Shown here piece by piece: positions 8,883 through 18,053 of a stretch of DNA of 64,000 nucleotides. Position 1 is the stretch's first letter. Each line of letters starts with the position of its first letter. Where the stretch lies: positions 1-64,000 of the forward strand of contig JBBRRY010000014.1 in NCBI GenBank assembly GCA_038245905.1, written 5' to 3'. Source of the DNA: Thermoanaerobaculia bacterium. Its GTDB lineage: Bacteria > Acidobacteriota > Thermoanaerobaculia > UBA5066. The notes under the pieces are model-generated. The model worked only from the letters and a program-made list of their open reading frames with translations. It ran no database searches and was not told the DNA's origin. Both the position numbers and the translations under genes were made by a program.

Positions 8883-9557
8883 TCAGAACGCGAAGACGAG
8901 GCCTCCTGTGAGCTCGCCGTTGTACGACCAGCGGTTCCAGCGGTCTGAGCAGAAGCCGTCGCGGTCGCAGTTTCGATGGTCGGAGTCGGACTGCTGGTCG
9001 AGCGCGCGATAGCGGCCGTCCAGCCGCAGCCCGACGCGAGGCGTGAAGAAGAACTTCGCGCCTGCCGAGACGTTTGCGGTGAAGCGGGTGCGGGACACCT
9101 CGACAGTCGCGTCGGTCCGGTCGAGCGTCGCGGCCCCGGCGCCGAGGCCGAAGTAGCCGACCGCGCGGCGCTTGCCAAAGTTGAACAGCATGTTCGCCTC
9201 GTAAACGTTCTGACGGAGCCGCCCGACCTTCAGGTTTCGCGGAGACACTCCGAACTGGTTCGGCGTCTTGAGGTCGGCGCGCGCCGACGTCCAGTCGAAC
9301 TCGAAGGCGAAGTGCCGGGTCACGTTGTAAGCGAGCCGCGCCCCGTATGTGAGGTCGTCGGCGGGTTCGAGGAAGGCGAACGTCGTCGTCGTCCCCGGCG
9401 TCGTCGTGACGACCGTGTTGCCATACAGCCGCCCGCCGAAATAGCCGCCGGCGAAGGGCGAGATCTCGAACGTTCCGGTGCGGTCCTGTGCGAAGGCGGG
9501 TGACGCACCGGCGAGAAGGGCGCAGCCGAGAAGGGAGAGGACGAGAGCTCGACGCAT
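8883..9557 (-). CDS. Outer membrane beta-barrel protein
   Basis: Signal peptide MRRALVLSLL...AFA, alternating beta strands, C-terminal Phe (GLVFAF). Confidence 0.75.
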   Translation of the reverse strand: MRRALVLSLLGCALLAGASPAFAQDRTGTFEISPFAGGYFGGRLYGNTVVTTTPGTTTTFAFLEPADDLTYGARLAYNVTRHFAFEFDWTSARADLKTPNQFGVSPRNLKVGRLRQNVYEANMLFNFGKRRAVGYFGLGAGAATLDRTDATVEVSRTRFTANVSAGAKFFFTPRVGLRLDGRYRALDQQSDSDHRNCDRDGFCSDRWNRWSYNGELTGGLVFAF

Positions 9558-9660
9558 GGATCCTCCTGAACAGGCTGAGTTTAGGCCCGGACGAATTGCG
9601 TCCCCGTGAGGAGACGCACACCCGGGTTCGATTTGGAGAAGCAACTGGCGTACCCGCCGC

Positions 9661-10908
9661 TCATTTCGACGGGAAAAGCCCCGGCCAGATCGAGGTGACG
9701 ACGAGGACCATCGTCAGGAGGACCATGATTCCGACGGTGCCCCACGCGATCCAGTTCCAGACGCGGCCGTTCACGTACGTCCCCATCAGGTCCGCCCGGT
9801 TCACGAGGAGGACGACGAAGAAAAGGACGAAGGGGAGCAGGAGACCGTTCAGGACCTGCGAGAGGAACAGGACCGGGAAGAGTGGGACGCCGGGAATGAG
9901 GATGATTCCCGCCCCGATGACGATCATGGACGTGTACAGCACGTTGAACTGGGGGGCCTCGCTCCAGGACTTGTCGACTCCGGCCTCGAAGCCGAGCGCC
10001 TCGCAGATCGAGTACGCCGTCGCGAGAGGGAGGATGGACGCCGCGAAAAGCGAGGCGTTCGCGAGACCGAACGCGAAGAGAGCGCCCGCCCACTTGCCCG
10101 CGAGCGGCTTCAGGGCGAGGGCCGCCTGTTCGGCGCCTTCGATCCGGATTCCAGCCGGAAACAGGGTCGCGCCGCACGCGACGACGATGAAGAACGCGAC
10201 GACGGCTGCGACGATGCAGCCGACGATGACGTCCCAGCGCGAGTACCGGTATTCCTCGGGCCCGATGCGCTTTTCGACGATCGACGACTGGAGATAGAAC
10301 TGCATCCATGGTGCGATCGTGGTCCCGACGATCGCGATGATCATCAGGACCCACGCGGCGCTCGACTCGATCCGGGGCTCGAACGTCTGCTTGAGGACGT
10401 CCGTCCACACGGGCTTCGCGAAGAGCGCCGAAACCACGTAGGTGAGGTACACCGAGCAGGCGATCAGGAACACCTTTTCGACGGTCTTGTAGTTCCCCTT
10501 CACGACGAGCCACCAGACGACGAAGGCGCCGATCGGGACGGAGACCCACCGGGGGATCCCGAAGATCTCGAGCGCGGCGGCCCAGCCTGCGAACTCGGCA
10601 ACCGTGTTGCCGATATCGGTCACGAGGAGCGCGACCATCAGGTAGAACGTCGTGCGCAAGCCGTAGTTCTCGCGGATCAGCTCGCCGAGGCCCTTCCCGG
10701 TGATGGCGCCGAGCCGGGCCGACATCTCCTGCACGACGATGAGCGCGACCGTGATCGGAAGGAGAGTCCAGAGAAGCGAGTAGCCGAAGTGGGCGCCGGC
10801 GATAGAGTACGTCGCGATTCCGCCCGCGTCGTTGTCGACGTTCGCCGTGATGATCCCGGGCCCGAGAATCGCGAAGAAGATCGTGAGACGCCGCCGCCAG
10901 CTCCTCAC
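9661..10908 (-). CDS. Nramp family divalent metal transporter (NRMT-like)
   Basis: GPGIITANVDNDAGGIATYS, QEMSARLG, GTTIAPW motifs; multiple TM helices. Confidence 0.85.
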   Translation of the reverse strand: MRSWRRRLTIFFAILGPGIITANVDNDAGGIATYSIAGAHFGYSLLWTLLPITVALIVVQEMSARLGAITGKGLGELIRENYGLRTTFYLMVALLVTDIGNTVAEFAGWAAALEIFGIPRWVSVPIGAFVVWWLVVKGNYKTVEKVFLIACSVYLTYVVSALFAKPVWTDVLKQTFEPRIESSAAWVLMIIAIVGTTIAPWMQFYLQSSIVEKRIGPEEYRYSRWDVIVGCIVAAVVAFFIVVACGATLFPAGIRIEGAEQAALALKPLAGKWAGALFAFGLANASLFAASILPLATAYSICEALGFEAGVDKSWSEAPQFNVLYTSMIVIGAGIILIPGVPLFPVLFLSQVLNGLLLPFVLFFVVLLVNRADLMGTYVNGRVWNWIAWGTVGIMVLLTMVLVVTSIWPGLFPSK

Positions 10909-10946
10909 GTCCGGCCGCGATGGGACGGGTGCCGCAGCGGGGGCGA

Positions 10947-12266
10947 TCAGCGCAGCCTCCGGCGGCGCCGGCGCGGCTGCGGCTGAAGGCGGTCGACGAT
11001 GTCGTCGATCGTGATGATGCCGACGAGGACGCCCTCCGGATCGCTGACCGGCAAGGCGAGAAGGTCGTACTTCGACATCGTCTCGGCCACCTCGTCGGCC
11101 GAGACGTCGGGGGTGACGGTCCGTACGGGCGTCGCCATGGCGTGCTCGAGAAGCGTTTCGTCGTCGGCCGCGAGGAGATCGCGCACCGAGAGCGCGCCCA
11201 GGATGCGTTCCTGTTCGTCGACCACGTAGAAGTAGAAGAGCGCCTCGGCATCGCGCGCGACCGGCCGGAGCCGCTGGATCGTCTCGCGTACCGTGAGCGT
11301 CGGTGGGAACGTGACGAAGTCGGTTCCCATGAGGCCGCCGGCCGTGTTCTCGTCGTGCACGAGAAGCTCGGTGACGTCCTCGGCCGCGCTTTTCTCCATG
11401 AGCTGGACGAGATCGCGGGCGTGCTCTCCCTCGATTTCGCCCAGCACGTCCGCGGCCTCGTCCGCGGGCATCTGCTCGAGGATCTCCGAGGCGCGCGCTT
11501 CGGGGAGGTCCTCGATGATCTCGGCCTGCATCTCGGGCTCGAGCTCGTGGAGCGTCTCGGCCGCGGTCTCGACGTTCAGCTTCTGGAAGATTCCAGTGCG
11601 CTCGGTGCCGGATACCTGGCTCAGGATCTCGGCGATGTCGGCGGGGTGCAGGCGTTGAAGCTTCTCCTGCGGCAGCGTGGTCTCGAGCCGCTCGAGCCTC
11701 GGATGCAGCGGCTGCATCGAATCCCAGGGGATGAGGCGTGCCGGCAGCGACGCGTCGGAGAGCCGGCCTCCGCGGGGCGTGATTCCGGCACCGAAGACCC
11801 GCCGAACGAGGCCGCGCACACCAACGTCGGCCGCCGTCAGCACGAGGTCTCCCGACAGCATGTCGAGCTTGAGGTCGTTCACGCGCACGACCTTGACTCC
11901 GTTGATGTCCACGATCTGCTTGTCGAGGAGGTGCCGGGCGAGAAAGATCTCGTCGTCCCCCGCGGGGCGGTGGAGGAGGTCCTCCCGCACGAGGCGCGTG
12001 CGCACGGCGTTGCGCTGGAAGATGGCGACGTCTTCCCAGGGCAGAACGAACGTCTCGAAGCGATTGCGGATCAGGAGGCCCGTGACGCGCGGGAACGGGG
12101 CGCGCGTGCTCGTGGCGACGGCGAAGTCCGAAATCTTTCCGACCGGGTGCCGGCCCACGTCGCGCACCGTCTCGCCGAGGAACTCCGAGACGAAGAAACC
12201 CTCGTGGACGGGCACCGCGGTCGTACGCGCGGGCATGGACGGCGAAGACGGCGAAGACGTGGCCAC
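10947..12266 (-). CDS. MgtE intracellular-domain protein (PRC-like + MgtE_N + CBS pair, no TM domain)
   Basis: LLDKQIVDING..RVND, LHPADIAEIL, MPADEAADVL, TAGGLM, GIITIDD; start at GTG 12266 or ATG 12236. Confidence 0.8.
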   Translation of the reverse strand: MATSSPSSPSMPARTTAVPVHEGFFVSEFLGETVRDVGRHPVGKISDFAVATSTRAPFPRVTGLLIRNRFETFVLPWEDVAIFQRNAVRTRLVREDLLHRPAGDDEIFLARHLLDKQIVDINGVKVVRVNDLKLDMLSGDLVLTAADVGVRGLVRRVFGAGITPRGGRLSDASLPARLIPWDSMQPLHPRLERLETTLPQEKLQRLHPADIAEILSQVSGTERTGIFQKLNVETAAETLHELEPEMQAEIIEDLPEARASEILEQMPADEAADVLGEIEGEHARDLVQLMEKSAAEDVTELLVHDENTAGGLMGTDFVTFPPTLTVRETIQRLRPVARDAEALFYFYVVDEQERILGALSVRDLLAADDETLLEHAMATPVRTVTPDVSADEVAETMSKYDLLALPVSDPEGVLVGIITIDDIVDRLQPQPRRRRRRLR

Positions 12267-12325
12267 GAAAGCATTGTCGGGAGGCGGCGCGGTCCCGTCA
12301 ACGCCGTTCGGATAGTCTCGGCCGA

Positions 12326-13423
12326 ATGACTGGCGCACTCGGCCGTTCGCTCCCGGAAAGCGTCCCTCTCCTGGTCGTGAGACGCGGCGGCAGCGTCGAA
12401 TCCGTTCACCGCGGCTCGGTGGCGGTCGTCTCCGAGGACGGACGGCTCCTGGCCGCGGCGGGCGACCCGCGCTGGCCGGTCTTCCTGCGCTCCGCGGCCA
12501 AGCCCGTGCAGCTCGTGCCCTTCCTCGCCGGGGGAGGCGAGAGGCGCTTCTCTCTGACGACACGAGAGATCGCGCTCGCGGCCGCGTCTCACGGTGGCGA
12601 GCCGTTTCACACGCGCGTCGCCGCCGCGATGCTTGAGAAGGGGGGCTTCACAACCGCGGACCTCCACTGCGGTACGCACCCCCCGATGCACGAGGAGACC
12701 GCCCGCGCGCTGGCGTTTCGCGGGGAAGAGCCTGGACCGCTCCACAGCAACTGTTCGGGAAAGCACGCGGCGATGCTCCTGGCCTGCCGGCTTTTCGGTG
12801 AGGATGCCAGGACCTACTGGCGGCCGGAACACCCGCTCCAGAAAAGGATCCTGTCGGCCCTCTCGTGCCTGGCCGGCGTCCGGGTCGCCCGGATCGGTGT
12901 CGCGGTGGACGGTTGTTCCGTGCCCGTATTCCGGATTCCGCTCGAGAATCTGGCGCTCTTGTATGCGAGTCTGATGGGCGCGCGGTTGCGAGGGGAGGCG
13001 CCGCGAGCATTCGCGGCCCGCGTGCGCATCGTGGGCGCGATGACGGAGGCTCCCGAGATGGTGGCCGGAACGGGCCGGTTCACGACGAACCTCATGCGCG
13101 CGTTTGGCAGGAGCCTTCTGGCGAAGGAAGGCGCTGAGGGGGTCTACGCCATGGGAGTGGCACCGTCCTTGGCGTCGTCCGTGCGCTTCTTCTCCGGTGC
13201 CTCCTCCGTGGGGATCGCGCTGAAGATCGAGGACGGGGCCGAGCGCGGACGCGACGCCGTCGCCGTCGAAGTCCTGAAGCAGCTCGGCCTCGCGTCGGGC
13301 GCGCGCCTCGCGGCGCTTCGTCGCTTGGCGCGACGCCCCGTGAAGAACGTGCGCGGCGACGTCGTGGGCGACATGAAGACCGTTTTCAGGCTCGACCGTT
13401 TCGCGGGCGAGCGGGCGGAGTGA
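12326..13423 (+). CDS. Asparaginase (Rhizobium-type L-asparaginase II family)
   Basis: VESVHRG, RSAAKP, ASHGGE, NCSGKH, DGCSVP, KEGAEG, KIEDG. Confidence 0.85.
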   Translation: MTGALGRSLPESVPLLVVRRGGSVESVHRGSVAVVSEDGRLLAAAGDPRWPVFLRSAAKPVQLVPFLAGGGERRFSLTTREIALAAASHGGEPFHTRVAAAMLEKGGFTTADLHCGTHPPMHEETARALAFRGEEPGPLHSNCSGKHAAMLLACRLFGEDARTYWRPEHPLQKRILSALSCLAGVRVARIGVAVDGCSVPVFRIPLENLALLYASLMGARLRGEAPRAFAARVRIVGAMTEAPEMVAGTGRFTTNLMRAFGRSLLAKEGAEGVYAMGVAPSLASSVRFFSGASSVGIALKIEDGAERGRDAVAVEVLKQLGLASGARLAALRRLARRPVKNVRGDVVGDMKTVFRLDRFAGERAE

Positions 13424-13899
13424 GGCGGCCGCCCGTGCACACGATCCGCGTCGGCAAGGGGCTGCAGGGAACGCTTCTCGTCGCCTACTCGTGCGTCCTT
13501 CTCGCCGTGACGCTTCTCGTGCAGGGCGGAGGCAAGGTGCGGACGAATCTCGCGCCGTTCGAGGACGTCCAGCGCCTCGCGGCACGGGCCGGACATGGCG
13601 GGTATCTCTCGAACGCCTTCCTTTACGCGATCGTGGGGATCGTCGGAAACCTCGCGATGTTCGCGGTGTGGGCTTTTCTCTTCTGGAAGTTCCTGGACGG
13701 GCCGGGCCGCTCGGCGGGACGCAACCACGTGGACACCCTCCTCGCGGGCACGCTGTTCAGCGTCGGGATCGAGACCGTTCAGCTCTTCCTGCCGACGCGC
13801 GCGGCCGACGTGAACGACGTGTTCTGGAACGTTCTCGGGACGATCGCCGGCGGCGTGCTCGCGCATGTCCACCGCAACATCCGTCTCGACTGGCAGTAG
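13420..13899 (+). CDS. VanZ family membrane protein
   Basis: NLAPF, GNLAMF, IETVQLFLPTRAADVNDVFWNVLG. Confidence 0.8.
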   Translation: MRRPPVHTIRVGKGLQGTLLVAYSCVLLAVTLLVQGGGKVRTNLAPFEDVQRLAARAGHGGYLSNAFLYAIVGIVGNLAMFAVWAFLFWKFLDGPGRSAGRNHVDTLLAGTLFSVGIETVQLFLPTRAADVNDVFWNVLGTIAGGVLAHVHRNIRLDWQ

Positions 13900-13912
13900 A
13901 CTATCCCTGCGC

Positions 13913-13999
13913 GCCGGAGTGGCGGAATGGCAGACGCAGGGGACTCAAAATCCCCCGGTCCACAAGGCCGTGAGGGTTCGACTCCCTCCTCCGGTACCA
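13913..13999 (+). tRNA. tRNA-Leu (CAA)
   Basis: GCCGGAG/CTCCGGT acceptor stem, GGGGA-CTCAAAA-TCCCC anticodon arm, long variable arm, GGTTCGACTCC T-loop, encoded CCA; TAGACT -10 at 13897-13902. Confidence 0.95.
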
Positions 14000-14034
14000 C
14001 GAGATCGGGTACGTTGCTATCGTCATGGCCCGGC

Positions 14035-15213
14035 GTGAGAGATCTCATCTGCATTCCCCGGTCCGACGCGCCACGAGTTTCGATCGTCGTCCCGTCGGCG
14101 GCCGACCAGCAGCTCCTGTTCGCGTGCCTGCGCTCGCTCGAACGGCACCTGCCGGCCTCGATCCCGACCGAGACGATCGTGGTCCTCGACGGCGCGCCCG
14201 AAGGCGCGGCGGCGCTCGTCGAGGCCGCCGCGCCCGGAGCACGGGTCGTCGCGTCCTCCGTGCGGCTGGGACTCGCGCGCTCGGGGAACCACGGGCGGCG
14301 CGTGGCGCGGGGGAAGCTCCTGGCCCTCCTCCACGACGACTCCGAGATCGAGGCGGGCTGGCTCGAAGCCCTCGTCGCGGCGGCGGACGCCCACCCGGAG
14401 GCGGGCGCGTTCGGCGGCCTCGTCCTCTTCCCGGACGGGAAGCTGCAGGGCGCCGGAGTGATTCTCTGGCGTGACGGAGGGACGTCGCCGCCGTGGGCGG
14501 GCGCGCCGCCGCTCCCGGAAAGCTTCGATCGTTCGCGCGCCGTGGACTTCTGCGGGTCGAATGCGCTTCTCGTCCGCACGGCGGCCTGGGACGCCGCCGG
14601 CGGGCTCGACGAGCGGTTTTTCCCGGCGTATTTTGCCGATGCCGACCTCGCGATGGGACTCCGCGAGCGGGGATGGTCCGTCCTCTTCGAGCCGCGGGCC
14701 CGCAACCGGCACAGGCGGGGGTCGAGCTCCCGAAGGGAATTCCAGGAATGGGTCTCCGGGAGGAACCGCGGAGCGTTCGTCGCGAAGTGGGCGCGCGCGC
14801 TCGAGGATCACGAGCCCTGGGACGGCCGCTCGCCTCAGTCGATCGCCAGCGCGCTCACGAGGTCCGCCGAGCGCGCAGCGCACCTCGCGACGGGCCCGCG
14901 GCGATCCGTCCCGCACCCCGTGGGGGAGGACGAGCCCGTCCCCGAGGACGAGCGCCGGGCTCTCGAGCAGGACCTCGCGCTTCAACGCGAATGGGCGAAG
15001 GTGCTCGAGAGCCGTCTCGACGAGATTCGGGCCGACGTCGCCGCGGCCCGGGCGGAGACTCTCGCGGCCCGGAAAGAAGCGATCCTCGAGCGCGGGGCGT
15101 TCGAAGGTCTGCTCTGGTGGCGGCTCTACGTGCGTCTGCTGCCCGTTCTCGGGCCGCTCCGCGCGCTTGCGCGCCGGTTCAGCCGTCCCGGATCGTCCAG
15201 TCGAACGGGATGA
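14035..15213 (+). CDS. Glycosyltransferase family 2 with C-terminal coiled coil
   Basis: VSIVVP, LLHDD, LQGAG, GGLDERFFPAYFADADL; ORF-track start overlaps the tRNA so GTG 14035 is preferred. Confidence 0.8.
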   Translation: MRDLICIPRSDAPRVSIVVPSAADQQLLFACLRSLERHLPASIPTETIVVLDGAPEGAAALVEAAAPGARVVASSVRLGLARSGNHGRRVARGKLLALLHDDSEIEAGWLEALVAAADAHPEAGAFGGLVLFPDGKLQGAGVILWRDGGTSPPWAGAPPLPESFDRSRAVDFCGSNALLVRTAAWDAAGGLDERFFPAYFADADLAMGLRERGWSVLFEPRARNRHRRGSSSRREFQEWVSGRNRGAFVAKWARALEDHEPWDGRSPQSIASALTRSAERAAHLATGPRRSVPHPVGEDEPVPEDERRALEQDLALQREWAKVLESRLDEIRADVAAARAETLAARKEAILERGAFEGLLWWRLYVRLLPVLGPLRALARRFSRPGSSSRTG

Positions 15214-15745
15214 CGCCGGAGTTCGGGTCGATACGGGCCTTGTCGGGGTCCGCGGGGTCGAACCGCGCCGTGCCGAAGTTCACGATTCTCCCGAGTGTCG
15301 AGCCCCAGTTCTGCGTCGCGTGCCAGACGCCCTGCGGGATGTAGAGGAGGAGGGAACCGTTCCCGGTGAACCAGAACTGGCAGAAGGCGTTCTTCGTGGG
15401 CGAGCCCTCGCGCCAGTCGTAGAGGACGATACGCAGGTCGCCCGTCTGAACGAAGTAGCGGTCCGCCTGGCGGCAGTGCATTCCCCAGCCCTTGATGCGC
15501 CCGGGACGGATCGTGAACTCGTACCCGTGGACGATCGGTTCGCTCCAGAAGGCATTCGTGAAATCCATGAAGGGCACGAGCGAGCCCCGATGGTCGTGGT
15601 AGCCCGCGAGGCGCTCGGCACGCACGCCCGCGATGTTGCGGGCCATCACCTGATCGGGCTCTTCCGTACGCGCGGCGTCAGGTTTTCCAGGTAACGGAAC
15701 GGCGATCTCGGCCACTCGCGAACTGCGGCCGGATTCGTTCAGCAT
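15179..15745 (-). CDS. dTDP-4-dehydrorhamnose 3,5-epimerase family (cupin) protein
   Basis: HDHRG, PGRIKGWGMH, VLYDWREGSPT, LYIPQGVWH; start uncertain (15745 or 15646). Confidence 0.75.
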   Translation of the reverse strand: MLNESGRSSRVAEIAVPLPGKPDAARTEEPDQVMARNIAGVRAERLAGYHDHRGSLVPFMDFTNAFWSEPIVHGYEFTIRPGRIKGWGMHCRQADRYFVQTGDLRIVLYDWREGSPTKNAFCQFWFTGNGSLLLYIPQGVWHATQNWGSTLGRIVNFGTARFDPADPDKARIDPNSGVIPFDWTIRDG

Positions 15746-15920
15746 GTCTGTGAGTTTAGCCCGGGATCTTCGTTTGGAGACACGAAAGAACGTCGTCCGT
15801 GCGCAGAGCACGCCTAAATCGCTCAGCGTCCGACATAAGGGCGCCGCGAATGCCATGGTCGTTGACGCAATCCGGGCAGGAGAGTAGTCTCCTGTTCCCT
15901 TTCCCGAAGGAGGCGATTCC

Positions 15921-16466
15921 GTGGCATTCAAGATCGGAGACAGGCTCGTCTACCCGAACCACGGCGTTGGCGTCGTCGAGACGATTCAGGAATCCCTCCT
16001 CGAAGGTTCTCCCGCCCCCTGCTACCAGCTTCGCCTCCTCGGGAACAATTCGCGCGTGATGGTGCCGGTCGGAAACTCCGACCGCATCGGCCTCAGGCCG
16101 CTCACGCGGCGCAAGGACGTGGGCTCTGTCTTCCGCGTTCTCGAGAACGCGACGCTTCCCCCCACAGGCGACTGGAAGGGCCGCTACAAGCAGAACCTCG
16201 ACAGGATGCGTTCGGGCCGGCTCACGGACATCGCCGACGTTCTCAAGAACCTGACGTGGGTTCAGAAGCAGAAGGCGCTCTCTTTCCGCGAGAAGAAGAT
16301 GTACGAGCGCGCCCGTTATCTCATCGTCTCCGAGATCGCGCAGATCAACGGCCTGCCCGAGGGCGAGGTCGCCAGCGAGGTCGAGAAGGCTCTCGATCGG
16401 GCTATCCTCAAGCGGCGGCCCCTCACGCCCCTCGCGGCCGTGAGCGGAAACAACCGCGGCCACTGA
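15921..16466 (+). CDS. carD: CarD family transcriptional regulator
   Basis: FKIGDRLVYPNHGVG, WKGRYKQN, LSFREKKM; AGGAGG SD. Confidence 0.9.
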   Translation: MAFKIGDRLVYPNHGVGVVETIQESLLEGSPAPCYQLRLLGNNSRVMVPVGNSDRIGLRPLTRRKDVGSVFRVLENATLPPTGDWKGRYKQNLDRMRSGRLTDIADVLKNLTWVQKQKALSFREKKMYERARYLIVSEIAQINGLPEGEVASEVEKALDRAILKRRPLTPLAAVSGNNRGH

Positions 16467-16518
16467 AGGGGTCGATTCCCCGCGATGGGGGCCTCGCGAT
16501 TTCCGTATAGTGGTGACG

Positions 16519-17301
16519 ATGGCTGTCCGCCCCTCCCGCTCCGTATTCGTTGCGGCCCTTCTGCTGGCGATCGTGATGCCGCTGGCGGCAGCAACCCTCC
16601 CTTCCCGAACCGGCGATCCGGTACTCGACCTCCTCCTGTCCTCGGTCGAGATGGAGAGGCGGCGGGTCGTGGAGGATCTCGAGGAATTCGACCGCATCTC
16701 CGGACAGGCCTCGCGGGCCGAATCGGACCTCAACGCGTCCCTGAATCAGATCGCGCGGCTCGCGCGCGAAGGAATCCTCGACCGTGCGCTGGTCGAGCAG
16801 GCCGAGCAGGCAGCCGCTGACGCGCGAGCTCGCGTCCAGGCTGGACAGGACCGGCGCCGGGCCATTTCCGAGCGGCTCGCCGAGCACGTTCGCCGGATGG
16901 CAGCGTTTCGGGACGAGATGGCGCGCCGGCGCGACATCCTCCGAAGCAACCCGTCGGACCCGCTCACGGGACGCTGGGAGGTCTTCGTGAATCCGGGCGG
17001 CCGGCGGGGCATTTACCGCCTCTCGCTCGACGGCACGATCCTTTCGGGTGACTATGTGCTCGACGGCGGCTTTCGTGGTTCACTCCGGGGCACGTTCGTG
17101 AGCGACCGCGTCGTTCTCGAACGGGTCGATTCCGAGCGGGGAGTGGATGCGAAGTTCTACGGCCGCCTGACGACGGCGCCCGTCAGGCGCCTGGCGGGCA
17201 CCTGGGAAGGGACGCAGATCGCGCCCGCCCCGGTATCGGGTCCCGTGGCGGGCACATGGGCGGCGCAGCCGGCGCGCGAAGAGGAGACGGATTCAAAATG
17301 A
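16519..17301 (+). CDS. Secreted hypothetical protein (coiled coil + beta-rich C-terminal domain)
   Basis: Signal peptide, heptad-rich helix, PLTGRWEV...GTWEG...GTW motifs; ATGA coupling with next gene. Confidence 0.6.
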   Translation: MAVRPSRSVFVAALLLAIVMPLAAATLPSRTGDPVLDLLLSSVEMERRRVVEDLEEFDRISGQASRAESDLNASLNQIARLAREGILDRALVEQAEQAAADARARVQAGQDRRRAISERLAEHVRRMAAFRDEMARRRDILRSNPSDPLTGRWEVFVNPGGRRGIYRLSLDGTILSGDYVLDGGFRGSLRGTFVSDRVVLERVDSERGVDAKFYGRLTTAPVRRLAGTWEGTQIAPAPVSGPVAGTWAAQPAREEETDSK

Positions 17302-18053
17302 CGACGGAGAAGAATACGGAAGCGAACGACGACCACCTCCCGCCGCCGGTGCTGGTGGCGAAGAGTCCACGCGAGAAGAAGTCCCCGGTCGCGAGCGCGT
17401 CGGCGCCCCGGCTTTCTCCGTGGGCCGACCGGGGGATGTTCCTCGTCCTGGGGCTCCTCGCGGGCTTCACGGCCGCGTACCTGTACCTCGATAAGAACGC
17501 CTCGGCGGGTCCGCCTCAGGCCGGTGCGGCCGACCCTCACGCCGGGATTGCGGGTGTCGGGCCGGGCGCGACGCGTGACCTGCCGGGAAGCGGCGGTGGA
17601 CAGCCCTCGCTTTCGTCCGACCCGGTCGCCCTCCAGAAACTCGCCTCTCTCGAAGCCTCCGTTGCCAAGGAGCCGAAGAACGCCGAGCTCCTGGTCCAGC
17701 TCGGGAATACGGCCTACGACGTCGAGGACTGGAAGAAGGCGATCGAAGCCTACGAAAGGGCGCTCAAGCTGAAGGACGGCGATCCGAACGTCCTCACGGA
17801 CCTCGGCGTGGCGTACCGGAACGTGGGCAACCTCGACAAGGCGCTCGCGCTATTCACGCAGGCGGTGGCCAAGGACCCTGGCCACTGGCCCGCGCAGTTC
17901 AATCAGGCGATCATCTTCGGCCTCGACAAGGGCGAGACGAAGAAGGCGCTCGAGATCCTCACGAGACTCAAGAAGGAGCATCCTGAAATCCCGGCACTCG
18001 AGCGGCTCTCGGCCGACATCGAGCAGCGGGCCAAGGCGCGCGGAGGGGCGTGA
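17298..18053 (+). CDS. Membrane-anchored TPR protein
   Basis: Single TM helix then TPRs (LGNTAYD..AIEAYERAL, LTDLGVAYR); coupled on both sides. Confidence 0.75.
   Translation: MTTEKNTEANDDHLPPPVLVAKSPREKKSPVASASAPRLSPWADRGMFLVLGLLAGFTAAYLYLDKNASAGPPQAGAADPHAGIAGVGPGATRDLPGSGGGQPSLSSDPVALQKLASLEASVAKEPKNAELLVQLGNTAYDVEDWKKAIEAYERALKLKDGDPNVLTDLGVAYRNVGNLDKALALFTQAVAKDPGHWPAQFNQAIIFGLDKGETKKALEILTRLKKEHPEIPALERLSADIEQRAKARGGA

Noticed and set aside
13927-14034. N-terminal extension of the GT2 ORF given in the ORF track
   Set aside because: It overlaps the tRNA-Leu gene; GTG 14035 is the plausible start.
13913-15745. Genomic island integrated at tRNA-Leu
   Set aside because: No integrase and no duplicated tRNA 3' end were seen, and composition looks like the flanks.
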